A stretch of 64,000 nucleotides of DNA from Octopus sinensis (Eukaryota): positions 4,712,001-4,776,000 of the forward strand of contig NC_043026.1 of assembly GCF_006345805.1 (NCBI RefSeq). Direction: 5' to 3'. The notes beneath the pieces are model-generated. The model saw only the letters and a list, made by a program, of their open reading frames with translations. It did not search any database and had not been told where the DNA came from. A program made the translations under genes and the position numbers. Below are positions 22,055 to 35,606 of the stretch, piece after piece. Position 1 is the stretch's first letter. Each line of letters opens with the position of its first letter.

Positions 22055-22245
22055 CTTGTACTTGTTTCAGTCATTTCACTGTGGCCATACTGGAGCACTG
22101 CCTTTAGTCAAACAAATTGACCCCAGGACTTATTCTTTGTAAGCCTAGTACTTATTCTATTGCTGTCTTTTGCTGAACTTTTAAGTTAAAGGGATGTAAA
22201 CACACTAACATCGGTTGTCAAGCAATGTTAGTGGGACAAAAATAA
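22055..22245. mobile_element. SINE, second family (representative; further copies at ~39680, 46050, 47520, 55790, 60250)
   Basis: tgtttcagtcatt..actgtggccatactggagca...gacttattctttgtaagcctagtacttattctat recurs through the window. Confidence 0.7.
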
Positions 22246-23769
22246 AGACACAGTTACGTACCTATTTGATTTCTTATCTTAAATTTCTGTAAAATTGATT
22301 TACAAACTTTGAATTTTCCATGAAACATAAAATCTAAAACCTTTTGTCATTAAATATAATTTACATTTTCTTTCTTTAGAATTCATCAAATATTTTTGAA
22401 ATTGTTCAAAAAAATATAAACTTTCTCTTCTTGTAAAAGTATTTGAAATCCTGGACACATTTTTTATAGTTTATAAAATGGTTGGAGGAAATTAGCACAA
22501 ATGTGAAGAGTGTGTGTATATATGTATGTATACAAGTGTGTATCTCTCTCTCACTTTATATATATATATATTCTTTCCATCATTTAATCATTAGTACTTG
22601 CTGTTTAATTAAAATATCAACTCCATTTCCTAATTTAGCTGATCCACAAATAGATTTGGTTAAAATATTTACCGGACTTAAAAAGAAATGCTGGTGCTAA
22701 TACGATCAGTTAAATACATAAAGGCAATGCTCCAGCATGGCCATGGTTCAATAACTAAAGGAGTAAAACACATCAGCCACACATTACATACATAACTTGA
22801 AATCTTTCTACCACCACGACCACCACCATTTAGTCTGTTAATCTATCTCTATAAATGACACAACCTCTCTTCAATTATTATTCATGTCTTTCTCATCCAC
22901 AAATCTACACTTAAAGAAAAAATATATCACTATTCTATTTCTCAACCAAGCTGATAATTCCACACAAATCTCCAAGAATATTTCTAAATTTACCAAATTA
23001 TAACATAGACTATTCCTTCAAATACAATATTTAAATGTAATTTATAAAAATATATCAAAACTATAATCTTTTAAAATTTAATAGGATGTTTAACTTTTAT
23101 AATGTCAGAATACAATTTATAAAGTTGAAATATTAAAATTATTTTTATAAACATTACATTTGAAATGTAACAAATATATTTTGGAGATGTACTTGCATAG
23201 CAAGTGATTTGATCTGAGATCGTGTGCTGGAACGAAAACAATTGCAGCGTGGAAGGTGTTTATAAGCCATTTAAAAAATACACAAAAGCCGTTCGATTCA
23301 CTTCAACATTTAAGTTTAATTTCTCAAAATATTTTCGTCACTAAAATCCGCGACCTGTTCACTGACAAAATTCCGTGCTGCATCTGAGAAAGTAACAGTT
23401 AGTCCGTCATATATATGTACGTATGTATGTGTGTATGTATGTATACACGCATGTATGTACATACATACGCCTGTGTATGTATGTATATATGTATGTGTGT
23501 GTATATGCACGCACATACACACTATAAACATAATGTTATAAACCTGTAGTAATGGATAGATGTAGACTGACCACTCATCACAATAATATCAAATTTCACC
23601 CCCCCCACCGCCAAAACTAGGAAGTGATTTACGACCCTCACCCCCAAAACAAAACCCTAAAACCTATTATCAGACATTTATCTCTATATCACAAAACTTT
23701 TGTTTTGCTATTACTTGTTTTTTTTTCTCCTCCCTACATCTAGTTAGTTCAGGTCAAATATATATACGT

Positions 23770-24563
23770 ATGTATGTGTGTATGTATGTACGTAAGTATG
23801 TATCTATGTATATGTGTATGTACATACATACACATGTGCGTATGTATGTATACGCGCACGTATGTCTGTGCCCATGTATGTGTGTGCGTACATGTACGTG
23901 CGTATGTACGTGTGTATGCCCATACGTAGGTATGTATGTATGTTTGTATTCGTGTGCTACGTAGGTATGTGAGTGTCTAGGTGAATGGGCAGACGCGTCT
24001 GTGGGAGTGTATACATGTGTATGTGTATGTGAACGTATGTCCTTGTACTGGTATGTGTCCGTCCAAGTTGTGTACATGACTGTTACTTTGTTGCATACAT
24101 ACTCACATATATGTTTGTATAGACGCACACACAAATATATATATGTGTGGGTGTGTGTTTGTTCCTCTCATCACTGTGAATGGATACAACGTTTAGGTGC
24201 AACTGTGCACATATAACCATATCCATATACGCAAGTACACACAATCATATAGACACACTCATAAATATACATGTAATCTTAAAATACTCGTATATTCTAA
24301 TCCACTTCTACATACATGTCCTATTACACACACACACACACACACACATAAATATACACACGCACACCAACACACACACGCATACAAAATCCGACACAGT
24401 ATACTATATTTATATATGCATAAACGCATACATATACAATACATCCATATACGTATCAAACAACGTACGCTATAAAAAATTTTTTTTTTTTAAATGCCCA
24501 TACATACACATATGAGCATGTATGGATGTATTGTATATGTATGCGTTTATGCATATATAAATA

Positions 24564-24615
<52 letters not shown>

Positions 24616-26100
24616 TGTGTACAGTGCTCAGGTGCACTACAACTCATCTAAAGTGTATATATAATCAGGTGTAGTTTCGACGGATTTCGGGAAGCATGAG
24701 GGCCTTAAAGGATGCAGTGTCATGGCAGTCAACAACTGACGCAGGCAGTTTATTCCACGCTTCAGCAACCCTGAGCGTGAAAAAATGTTTCCGAAAGTCA
24801 TGGGAGCTGTGTGTTTCTGACTTTGTAGGCATGTCCACGTGTGTTAGACACATGGAGATCAAAAAGGTGTTCAGTGTTGTTGTTGGTGAGGTGGTTGATA
24901 ACTTTGTGGGTGTTTACCAAGTCCGTCGCTAGACGCCGGAGCTTCAGTGAATCCATGCCCAGGGAAACGAGGCGCTCAGAATATGGTAGGTGTCTGATGG
25001 AGGGTATGCGTTTGGTTGCACGTCTCTGGACAGATTCCAGGAGGTCAATGTTCTGAGCAAGATAGGGATTCCAAACTGATGATGCGAATTCCAAGTGCGG
25101 TTGTAACCATAGCTGTATACAGTTTTAAATAGATGGCTGGAGAGCGGCTAACAAAAGTCTTGCTGAGTGATGTCAAGACACCCTGGGCCTTCTTGACAAT
25201 TTTAGAGATATGCTTTGTCCAACGCAAATCACTGCTGACAGTGATGCCTAGGTCACGCTCGCAAGAGGATTTCTTGATATCAGTGTTGTGGAGGGAGTAT
25301 GTGGACGCAGGGTTTTTTCTCCCAAAATGCATGGTGGTACACTTGTCCACAGCCAGTTTCAGTTATAGTATATAGTATAGTATACTGTGTCGGATTTTGT
25401 ATGCATGTGTGTGTGGGTGTGTGCGTATGTATATTTATGTGTGTGTGTGTGTATGTGTGTAATAGGACATGTATGTAGAAGTGGATTAGAATATACGAGT
25501 ATTTTAAGATTACATGTATATTTATGAGTGTGTCTATATGATTGTGTGTACTTGCGTATATGGATATGGTTATATGTGCACAGTTGCACCTAAACGTTGT
25601 ATCCATTCACAGTGATGAGAGGAACAAACACACACCCACACATATATATATTTGTGTGTGCGTCTATACAAACATATATGTGAGTATGTATGCAACAAAG
25701 TAACGGACATGTACACAACTTGGACGGACACATACCAGTACACGGACATACGTTCACATACACATACACATGTATACACTCCCACAGACGCGTCTGCCCA
25801 TTCTCCTAGACACTCACATACATACGTAGCACACGAATACAAACATACATACATACCTACGTATGGGCATACACACGTACATGTACGCACACACATACAT
25901 GGGCACAGGCATACGTGCGCGTATACATACATACGCACATGCGTACGTATGTACATACACACATACATACACACATACATACGTACATACATACATACAT
26001 ACATCATACATACATACATACATACATACATACATACATACATACATACATACATACACACATACATACATACATACATACGCACATACATACATACATA
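23770..26100. repeat. Inverted duplication (23770-24453 vs 24520-26100) with a CR1 insertion in the right arm
   Basis: Unique segments such as caacgtttaggtgcaactgtgcacatataacc are present in opposite orientations. The right arm is split by CR1 at gacacagtatactata|...|tttatatatgcataaacg. Confidence 0.85.
24560..25355 (-). mobile_element. 5'-truncated CR1 LINE (frameshifted RT C-terminus, (TTA)n tail)
   Basis: DKCTTMHFGRKNP...ERDLGITVSSDLRW; EFASSVWNPY...LESVQRRATK...YSERL; KHFFTLRVAEAWNKLP. Confidence 0.9.
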
Positions 26101-26429
26101 CGCACAATAGTAAAACAATAGCTCTGTGATATAGAGATAAAAATCTGATAATGGATTTTAGGGTATAGTTTTGGGAGTAAGAGTCGTAAATCACTTTCTA
26201 GCTTCGGGCCCGGAGGAAGTTGAAATTTGATAGCTTTGTGATGAGTGGTCAGTCTACATCCATCCATCGCTACAGGTTTATAGCTTTATGTTTTATAGAG
26301 TGTATGTGCGTGCATATACACACACATACATATATACATACATACATACATACATACATACATACATACATACATACATACATACATACACAGGCGTATG
26401 TACGTACATACATACGTACATACATACAC

Positions 26430-27760
26430 ACAAAAGATCAATTACACAACGTAACAGTTTTCAAAAAAAATTTGTTTATTGTATTTTTTTTATTGTTTAT
26501 CAATCTATTTTTTCTGCTGATTCCAAAAATGAAATTATTTTTTGTGTCTCATCAACAGTTAAAAAAATATGTCGACTTTCAATGTTATTATATATTCGGT
26601 ATTGTTATAATGTTCCGCTAACTAATGTATGTCTAATTTTCCCTTTCAGACCAATTACTAAGTTGTGCTACTTTCAGGATGGCTTCTAGAATATGTAAAA
26701 ATTCTCCAGATACATTTTGCTATGTGTGTGGTTATTATATTGGAAAAAAGCAGGTATTACATAAGATTGTGAAAGGTGCCAAATTGTGGATAGCGTACTG
26801 ACTATTTCGGAATGCCCATGGGTGACCAGGACAAACCACGGGCCCCCACATGTGATATGTGGAAGCTGTCAGTCTACTCTAGAATGATGGTTAAGAGGTA
26901 CAGGAAGGTCAATGCCTTTTGCCATTCCAAGGGTGTGGAGAGAGCCAAAGAACCATCACGATGACTGTTACTTTTGTATGATCAATGTGACAAAGTACAG
27001 AAAAGTGAAAAGAAGACAAGCTCTTCAGTATCCAGACATACCATCATCTAGAGCACCTGACAGTTTACGAGTACCACTACCACCAGAAAATATTTCATCT
27101 GAAGAGTCAACAAGTCGCAGAAGCCGAGAAATGGCAGAAACTTTCGTACCATGAACGACTTCAGAGCCTCACCTTCCAAATCAGAGTGAGCTAGATGATT
27201 TAATCAGGGATCTGGGTCTTACTAAGCCAGGAGTTGAACTTGTTTCATCAAGGTTGAAGGAATGGAATCTACTGGGGGAAGACTGAAAGACATCTGTATA
27301 CTGGAAATGCCATGAAGTGAGGATCATGGTGAGAGATTTAATCAGGACGTCGCAACTATGGAAAGAAGATACCAAGGACGATGGGATACTGCTATGATGG
27401 GAGATTATATATGGTCTCTAGTCAGAAGAGGTGAAGGTATACACTCTAGAAAATCTCGATCGTCAAAGCACTTCTCATCTTAAGAAAAGAGTTATCAAGG
27501 CATTTACAGTGCAGAGTTTTATTGTTTCTTTTTGTTGTAACTAATATTATACTTCCTAAATACTTTTCAATCAATGAAAAATTACTAAATGTTGTGTAAT
27601 TATCCTTACGATACTAGAATAGATTGAACCAACAAAGTGCTGTAGAGAAAAGTTACAAATATAACGAGCAAATATGAAATTAGGAATAAATAAATAACTA
27701 TCGATGTTAGATAAAAATGAATGTGATTTTTGAATTTAGTGGCAAAAAATGCTTATATGA
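26430..27760 (+). mobile_element. Chapaev3/CMC-like DNA transposon remnant, internally deleted
   Basis: FCYVCG...YFGMPMGDQDKPRAPHVICGSC...MPFAIPRVWREPKNHHDDCYFCMIN...YPDIPSS matches the Cys/His-rich N-terminus of Chapaev3-type transposases; stops present. Confidence 0.75.
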
Positions 27761-28540
27761 ACATTAAAAAATACAAATAAACAAAACATGTGTTACATTG
27801 TGTTAGTAGAGTCGTTAGAACGTTGGACTTAGACACAAACTTAATCAGGCTATAAATTTGTTTTTTACTTATTTTGCTTTCTTTCTTTTTGTGGAAAAAT
27901 CCAATCCTCAATATTGAAATTTGTATACATATATAGCTACACACACACACACTACCTTGTGGTATTTATACGAACTCTTTGTCTGCTGAGTTCAAATCCT
28001 GCCGAGATTAATTTTGATTTTTTATTATGCAGGGGTCGATAATTAAAATGCCAGTCTGAGGTGGTGGTCTGATGGATTTATATATTTGACAAGATGCCTT
28101 GTAGTATTTTATGTGGTTCTTTGTAATCTGAGTTCAAATCCTTTTGTTGCCTCCTTGGGTTGCAGACTTAATCTATCACCTTTTTCAACACCATCACCTG
28201 GCCCTTGAGATACTTTTTAGGAGAGGATTTCTCTGTTGTATGCATTCATGTTAGGTCTCTTGTTTTGAGAATGTCTATCTTCCATTCACCACTTTTAAAG
28301 ACCCTGGAAATATAAAGGACCATCGGCAGGGCCCTTCTCCATTGCTAACCTTTTAAAAAAATTAAGTTTACAAAAAACTAATAATTTAACAGCCATAAAA
28401 TTTACAAATTTTATATTTCACTTGAGAATTAGAAATCCACTGTAAACTACCTAAAATTTTGTATCCTTAGATGAACATATCCATTCCTCTAATTCCCATT
28501 AAATAGTTTTGACATAGTCATAACCAAACTATACTTTATT

Positions 28541-30430
28541 TTATATTCTGGAAATGAAAATGTTTATTTGTAATGTAACAGTGTAAAATCTTTGAAAATT
28601 TTCTAGTCGAAAAAATACTGCCTGAAAATAAAACAAATTCCAATATAAAAGTTTATGCTTCAAATAGTTCTAATGAAGCTTTAACGAAGTGTATTGGTAA
28701 ATTGCGTATTAAATAAAATAATTACCTGGATTACTTGTGTTGAGGTGTTTATTCTAGCCTGAAGACTGTCTCTCTCAGAAATATCATGCAAAGGTGGCAA
28801 TGGTTTGGCTAGTATACTGCACTTAAAGCTATATTTATAATCTACCAGGAAGAAGTTTCTAGATACCTGGTGGGTGTTACCTTGTCATGGGTATGTATCT
28901 TGGTTTAAATGTATGTGTCTGTTGTAGTGTATAGGTATGTGTGTGTATATGTTGGTGTGTTGTAGTATATGTTAGCCAGATTGCATCGACACGCCTATCT
29001 CAGATTACCACAGACTGAATGAATGACACCCTCTCCCCACCTCCCATCCAATTCTATATTCTTTCTTTCTCTCTTTACATCCTCTCCAACATGGCCACCA
29101 CCACCACCACCTCTCCATGCATTTCCATTCAAGTGTTTCATGTTTCTGAACCAATCATATTCACTTATTTTGCCTTCTTTCTTTATATGGAAAAATCCCA
29201 TCCTCAACATTTAAATTTTATATACATAGCTAACATACACACACAACACATACATACATATATATACATATAAACATGTACCTACAAACACACCCATATA
29301 CATACACACATACAGGCATACCTTTTCCAATGAGTTGTAGTGACCCTAACATCGTATACAATAAGCCCATTATAGTTATTATTATTATTATAATTAATAA
29401 GAATCGTTAGCATACAGGGCGAAATGCTTAGTGGTATTTCACTTGTCGCTACGTTCCAGGTTCAAATTCCACCGAGGCTGACTTTTGTTTCATCTTCCCA
29501 GGGTCAATAAAACAAGTATCATTTGAGTACTGAGGCCGATGTAGTCAACCGTCCGCTTCCCTACGAAATGTCAGGCCTTGTGCCTTTAGAAGAAAGGACT
29601 GTCATTTATGCAGTGAATGACTTCATCGTTAATGTGTCGGACATTGAACGAAGCAAGGAAGGAGAATGCTTTAGAGTAGCTAACCCTGATAGAAATAACA
29701 GCCAAATCTCCTTCTAGTCAGATTCTATTGTTATAGGAATGTATATATGTATGTATTGAGCCAATGACCGAGAGCTCTGTATGGCTGTTAAATCACGAGA
29801 ATTCTCCTATTTTGATCTGAGCTTTGTGTACTAAAGATCTTTAAAGTTTGATATTTTCTAAATCCCTAAGTTCCAAACATTTGGCACCAATGGCTGTATC
29901 TCTTTTCATTTCTTGTGTTAGCATTTTATCTGCCATAGGGGATCAGAAAGGAGCCCTTTAGTTGGTTTGGAGAGAGTGATATACTGATAATTAAATATCC
30001 TTAAATACACCACACACACACTGTCCATATACATATATCTATGTATGTGTGTGTGTATATATCTCCGTATGTTACTGTATATAATAGCAAATTATTCCTC
30101 ACAATTTTTTCATGTAAAATGTCTCAGTTTTCTACTGAAAAATATTCTATTTCAACAGACATTCTTTGTTTCAGAAAACAAAACCTAAGAAATACCAATG
30201 TATATACAATCCCTCTCATCAATGTATATATATATGTGTGTATATAAATGTATGAATGTGTGTCTGTATATATGTAGGTCAGGAAGCATATCTATGTATG
30301 TATGCAGGGGTGAGTATGTGCATGCATCTGTAGCTGTATATATGTGTGTATGTTCATATTAAGTATATGTATAGACATGTAGTAAGTATATATACAAAGG
30401 TAAATATATGTATATATAAACATGTATATA

Positions 30431-30473
<43 letters not shown>

Positions 30474-30701
30474 ATATATGTGTATATAAACATGTATGTA
30501 TATATGCATGTATATATATCTGCTGAGCTGGCAGAATCGTTAGTACACCAGGAAAAATGCTTAGCAGTGTTTTCATCTGACTTTATGTTCTGAGTTCTAA
30601 TTCCATGGAGATTCGCATTCAGGGACGATGGCCACTGGGACTGATGCAATCAAAACTGGAGCATTCCACGAATCTGCTGGCCTTGTGCCAAAATTTGAAG
30701 C

Positions 30702-30749
<48 letters not shown>

Positions 30750-30960
30750 GTGCACATATTTATACACAAAAGAGGTGACCTTTAACAGGACACCTTACGT
30801 GCTGGAGAGGGCAGTTAAAGCCCAAACCACAAGAGTAATTTCAAAGGGAATGAAAAATAAAATATTTCTACATTTACCCCTAGACTCGATTTTCTGTATT
30901 AATGTGTAAATAAATTAATTTCCATCTGTGCTTGTGTGTATATATATATGTATATATGTG

Positions 30961-31003
<43 letters not shown>

Positions 31004-31359
31004 AAGTTTATATGTATGTATCCGTCTATATAATAGGTAACTGCACGTACATATACTTAATATTTATTATTTATTTTTTGAGTATGCATGTATGAATAAC
31101 TGCGCGTATATATATTTTACTATTTACTTATTTTTTGAGTATGCATGTAAGTATGAATATAAGGAGGCGCGTGTGTGTGTGTGTATGTGTAAGCATAGAT
31201 ATATGTATACTTTTACGCATGTGTGTACTTATGTGTATATATGGATGCGCGCGTGTGTGTGTGTGTATGGGTACGCATGTACATGTGTATGTGCGTGTAT
31301 GTGTATATGAGTATGTATGTATGTGTGTGCGTATATTTGTATATGTATGTATGTGTGTG

Positions 31360-31412
<53 letters not shown>

Positions 31413-32579
31413 ATGTGTATGTATGTATATGCGTATGTGTATGTATTTGTATGTGTATGCATGCGCGTATATATATGTACGTATATGTATACGTGTGGGT
31501 GTGTGTATGTGTATAAATGTATGTATGTATAGACTAGCCTTCTAAGAGTGTAGACATGAATCTGTAGGTACGCGTACGTATGTGTATATACGTGAATGTA
31601 TGTAGATGTATGTATGTATGAATATAACGCGTGCGTGCGTGTATGTGTATGAGTGTGCGAATGAGTGAGTGTACGTGCTAAAGAGTGTGCGTGAGTAAAT
31701 GAGTGCTTGTTTTCCAGTAGACAGATAAATGGACTGGCTGTCATAGCCAAGATGTTTGTGACCAGCGATCAAAGATAACAAAAGTAATAAATGAAGATAA
31801 TAAAATTAAAATTAGGGAATGGGTCTGTATTTGTATGTGTATATATATGTGTGTATGTGTAGGTATGCATAGGGACACATATGTATATATATATATAATA
31901 TATATATATTATATATATATATATATGTATGTATATGTATGTGTTTGTATATGTGTGTGTATGTGTATATATGTGTATATAGGGACTAGTGTGCTGTGTA
32001 TGCATATGTGTGTGTGGATATGTGTGTGTATGCGTGTATGTGAGTATGTGTGTGTATGTGTATATATATTTTTCTGTGTGTATATGTATGTGTGGTCGTG
32101 TGTGTATATATACATGTGTGTATACGTGTATGCATGTGAGTGTGTGTATGTATACATATATGTGTATGTGTAGATATGTATATGTATGTGTAAGTGTATA
32201 TATATGTATATATGTGTGTGTGTATGTATATGTATATATGTTTGTATGTGTGTGTATATATGTATACATATGTGCATAGGTATAAGTGAGAATCTCCTTA
32301 TTTACCTAAAACTCTATTCCCTTTTTTATATATATTTTTATATATTTTTTATATATTTTTTATTTTTTTATTTATTCTTCTATCTAATTTAACACTGACT
32401 CCTTGACCACTCCCCCAAGTATGATATTTTGCGCTATGCCTACCCCCAAAAAGTCCCCCACCAACACCCCTTTAAACCTGCCTAAATGTATAAATGCCAA
32501 TACAATTCTTGTTAACTAGCTTCCTGAAGATTTCTCTTGAATGAAACAGTTCTAGTCCTGTAGAAGCTCCTTCTATATA

Positions 32580-32630
<51 letters not shown>

Positions 32631-34233
32631 TATATATACACATACATACAGTCACACCCTTTACACCCATGCCTTCCCCCAATACAATCTGGTCCTCCAC
32701 CCCATCTCAACACTTTCCTTTCCTCCTACTTCATGCCCCTCCACTCTCCCTCATATGTCTCCTCACACACATTCACTCTCAATGCCCTCACAGACGTACC
32801 ATGGTCCTCTTAGACACTCCTATATCTCTCCCTCTCATTTGTTACANNNNNNNNNNNNNNNNNNNNNNNNNNNNNNNNNNNNNNNNNNNNNNNNNNNNNN
32901 NNNNNNNNNNNNNNNNNNNNNNNNNNNNNNNNNNNNNNNNNNNNNNTGTTTGTATGTATAATACATTTATGCACATAATGCAAGCTAATTAATTAGTGAG
33001 AGAGTGTAACGCAGTGCCCATAACTTACTCAGTGCCCCAAAACCTAATAATTACGTGAGCAGAATGGTAACAACGTATTACTGGTATTTTGATGTTTTTC
33101 ACTGTCTGGCGAGATTGCTGTGTAAAGTTAGTCTAAATAGTATGTCATGGCTGGAATGTCTTGGCTTCTAGATTTGATGGATCAGGGTTGAGTTGGGGCT
33201 AAACTGCTATAACCACAATAATACGATCTCTCCTCCGGACAGGCACCCATGACCACCACCACTAGCATGGACTATTAGAGAAGAAAGTAGGAAACCTCAC
33301 CCAAATCCACATGGAACAATAAATTTGTAGCTGGCATTCACTGACTTGATCAACAAGCTTGGGGAAGGGAAATGCAGACAGCAACAAAACACCAACAATA
33401 TCACACACACACACACACACACCACCACACCACCACACCACCACCACCACAACACACCACCACCACAAACCATCAAGACCAAAGAAAGAAATTAAATTCA
33501 TGATGTATAAAAGGTTAAAGAATGTTAGAGCTGTTAGAAATAGCAGCCAAATCCCCTTCTAACAACACTATTGTGTCTTAACATAACTTCATACATATTT
33601 ATGTATGTGACCAGTGACAGTTGAATTGTACATGAGGGCTAGAGCTGTTAGAAATAGCAGCCAAATCCCCTTCTAACAACACCATTTTGTCTTAACATAA
33701 CTTCATACATATTTATGTATGTGACCAGTGACAGTTGAATTGTAATGAGACTAGAGCTGTTAGAAAAGCAGCCAATGCCCCTCCAACCTACTGAAATTAA
33801 CTGCAGCTTATAAATTCTATGGCTGTCTTTCAACAAATGAACAACAGGTCCATTAAACTGCAGCACTTCATATGCTAGAAACAACAGCAAGACTTTAGCA
33901 AACATGTATATGAAGACAGAGAAAGAGAAGGGGCAATTTTGATGTAATCACCCCAAACACCCATCATAAACTTTTCCTTTTTGTGAATTTTTAGAAGAGT
34001 TTTGTAAATTTGTTCTAAACACAGGAATTGATACATTTATGCAAAAGTGAAAAGAAAAGATAGTTTTGTGTTTTTTAAGGGCTATTTAGCTGTTATTTTT
34101 AGCATATCGCATGACCACTTGATACCCTCCTTGTTTGTTTCTCACTCTTACGTATTGATGTTTTCATTATCTTTAAATAAATTCCTTTTATGGTCTTTTG
34201 ATGGGATTTAAGCACAAAGTCCAGACTGTCCAT
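28541..34233 (-). CDS. Candidate 4-exon gene, ~121 aa, unknown function (exons 34233-34152, 33874-33788, 28841-28726, 28621-28541)
   Basis: GT-AG junctions with compatible phases (1,1,0) give [121 protein letters not shown]. Strong donors C|GTAAGA and CAG|GTAATT, acceptor ttttattttcag. The exon 2 donor is weak and exon 2 abuts repeats. Confidence 0.4.
30900..32400. repeat. Long compound (TA)/(TG)/(TATG) microsatellite tract
   Basis: Low-complexity sequence; the track ORFs here are YI/VC/TH artefacts. Confidence 0.9.
32505..32585 (+). ncRNA. Single family D hammerhead copy (CTGAAGA core variant)
   Basis: agcttc-CTGAAGA-tttctcttgaat-GAAAC-agttctagtcct-GTA-gaagct at 32518-32568. Confidence 0.6.
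32847..32946. other. Assembly gap (100 N)
   Basis: Run of exactly 100 N. Confidence 1.
33527..33785. repeat. Tandem repeat, unit ~112-114 bp, ~2.3 copies
   Basis: agagctgttagaaatagcagccaaatcccc starts at 33527, 33641 and 33753. Confidence 0.85.
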
Positions 34234-35606
34234 TTTTTAAATTTCAAAATATTAAAACAAGATTTCCTGGAAACTGAAAAACACAAAACTGTTATGAGTG
34301 ATTATATGGGATGCTTCAATCAGAATTCCGACATGGACAAAATATAGAAAGAAGCAGAAAGAAAAATATTTAAATATCTCATGTATCAATGCTTAATGGA
34401 CACTAGACCTGCTGCAAGAAATAGCAGCCAAGTCTCCCTAAATCACAGACCTGTCTCTCTGTGTGTCTGTCTATCTATTATCAGCTCTTCTTCACAGCAT
34501 TTTAGGATCAGATACCTTCCTTGCAACCCTCCTCCGTATTGACATTCAGTCCCAGGGCACCATTTTCTACCATACACATATATGATTATTCTTTGCCTGT
34601 TGGCACAAGGCCTGGAATTCTAGTAGAGGCAGCTAATTGACTCCATCGACCCTGCGTGTGAACGATTCTTCCACCTCACCGGCTTATACACATACACATA
34701 CTGTAACATCTCTCTCTCTCTCTCTGTCACTCTCTCCTTCTCTATCTTTCTATTCATCTATTAATTATGTAATAATTCTCATTTTACATTTAGCACAAGG
34801 ACTGCAATTATTGTGGGCACCTAATCGATTACATTGACCATATTACTTGATTTGTGCTCAATTCATGACCCTGGAACGATTGGATGCAAAGCTACCCTCA
34901 CCAGAATTTGAACTCACAATGTGAAACTACGAAATGTCGTGAATCATTTCCTCTGGCATGTGAGGGATTCTGCAACCACGCTGCCTTATGAACACACACA
35001 CACACACACACATACTATAAACTACAATAATTATATATCATATATAGTTATATTAAATATATGCTTCTAGAAATAGCAGTCAAATCTCCTAAAATCACAC
35101 CATGCTGTGTGTTGTGTATGTTGAAGAAATTAACTGCATTGTAGGAAGGCTCGTTGGAATTACCAGCCAATTAAAGCTCTAATTACAGTGTAATTTTCTA
35201 ATGCATGTATATATGAGGTCATACAGGATCTCTATCTGGTAGCTAGATCACTTTCAGTTATGTTGATTAAACCCCTCCCCTTAAAATTTCTAGCATTCTC
35301 CATAAATGAGGAAAAAAAAATCTATTCTTTCTGAGGGCAGGGAATCGCTTTTTGTATATCTGTGTATATAGTTGTATTGATATTTTCTCTTGTAGAAATA
35401 GCAGTCAAATCCCTTTAAATCACACATTATACTGAAATATTAGCATTGTGACTCGGCTTGTTAGAAATAACATCCAAATCTCCCTCTGAAATTAAACATA
35501 GGAGATGAAAGAGAGAGAAAACAGTGAGAGAGGGAGGAGGACATATAATGATTGAGTGAGAAAGAAGGAGGGATCGCTGGAATAAATACAAGGCTTAACA
35601 AAAATA

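Noticed and set aside
22590-22676. Possible minus-strand exon PVNILTKSICGSAKLGNGVDILIKQQ
   Set aside because: Weak donor and a phase incompatible with the candidate exon chain.
23300-23380. Hammerhead-like layout on the minus strand (stems I-III plausible)
   Set aside because: The core reads GTGAACAG instead of CUGANGA, so at best it is a dead copy.
29400-29600. tRNA-like B-box GGTTCAAATTCC
   Set aside because: It is a SINE head with no cloverleaf; not a tRNA gene.
33527-33785. Repeat array considered as CRISPR-like
   Set aside because: Whole units are repeated with no unique spacers, in a eukaryotic context.
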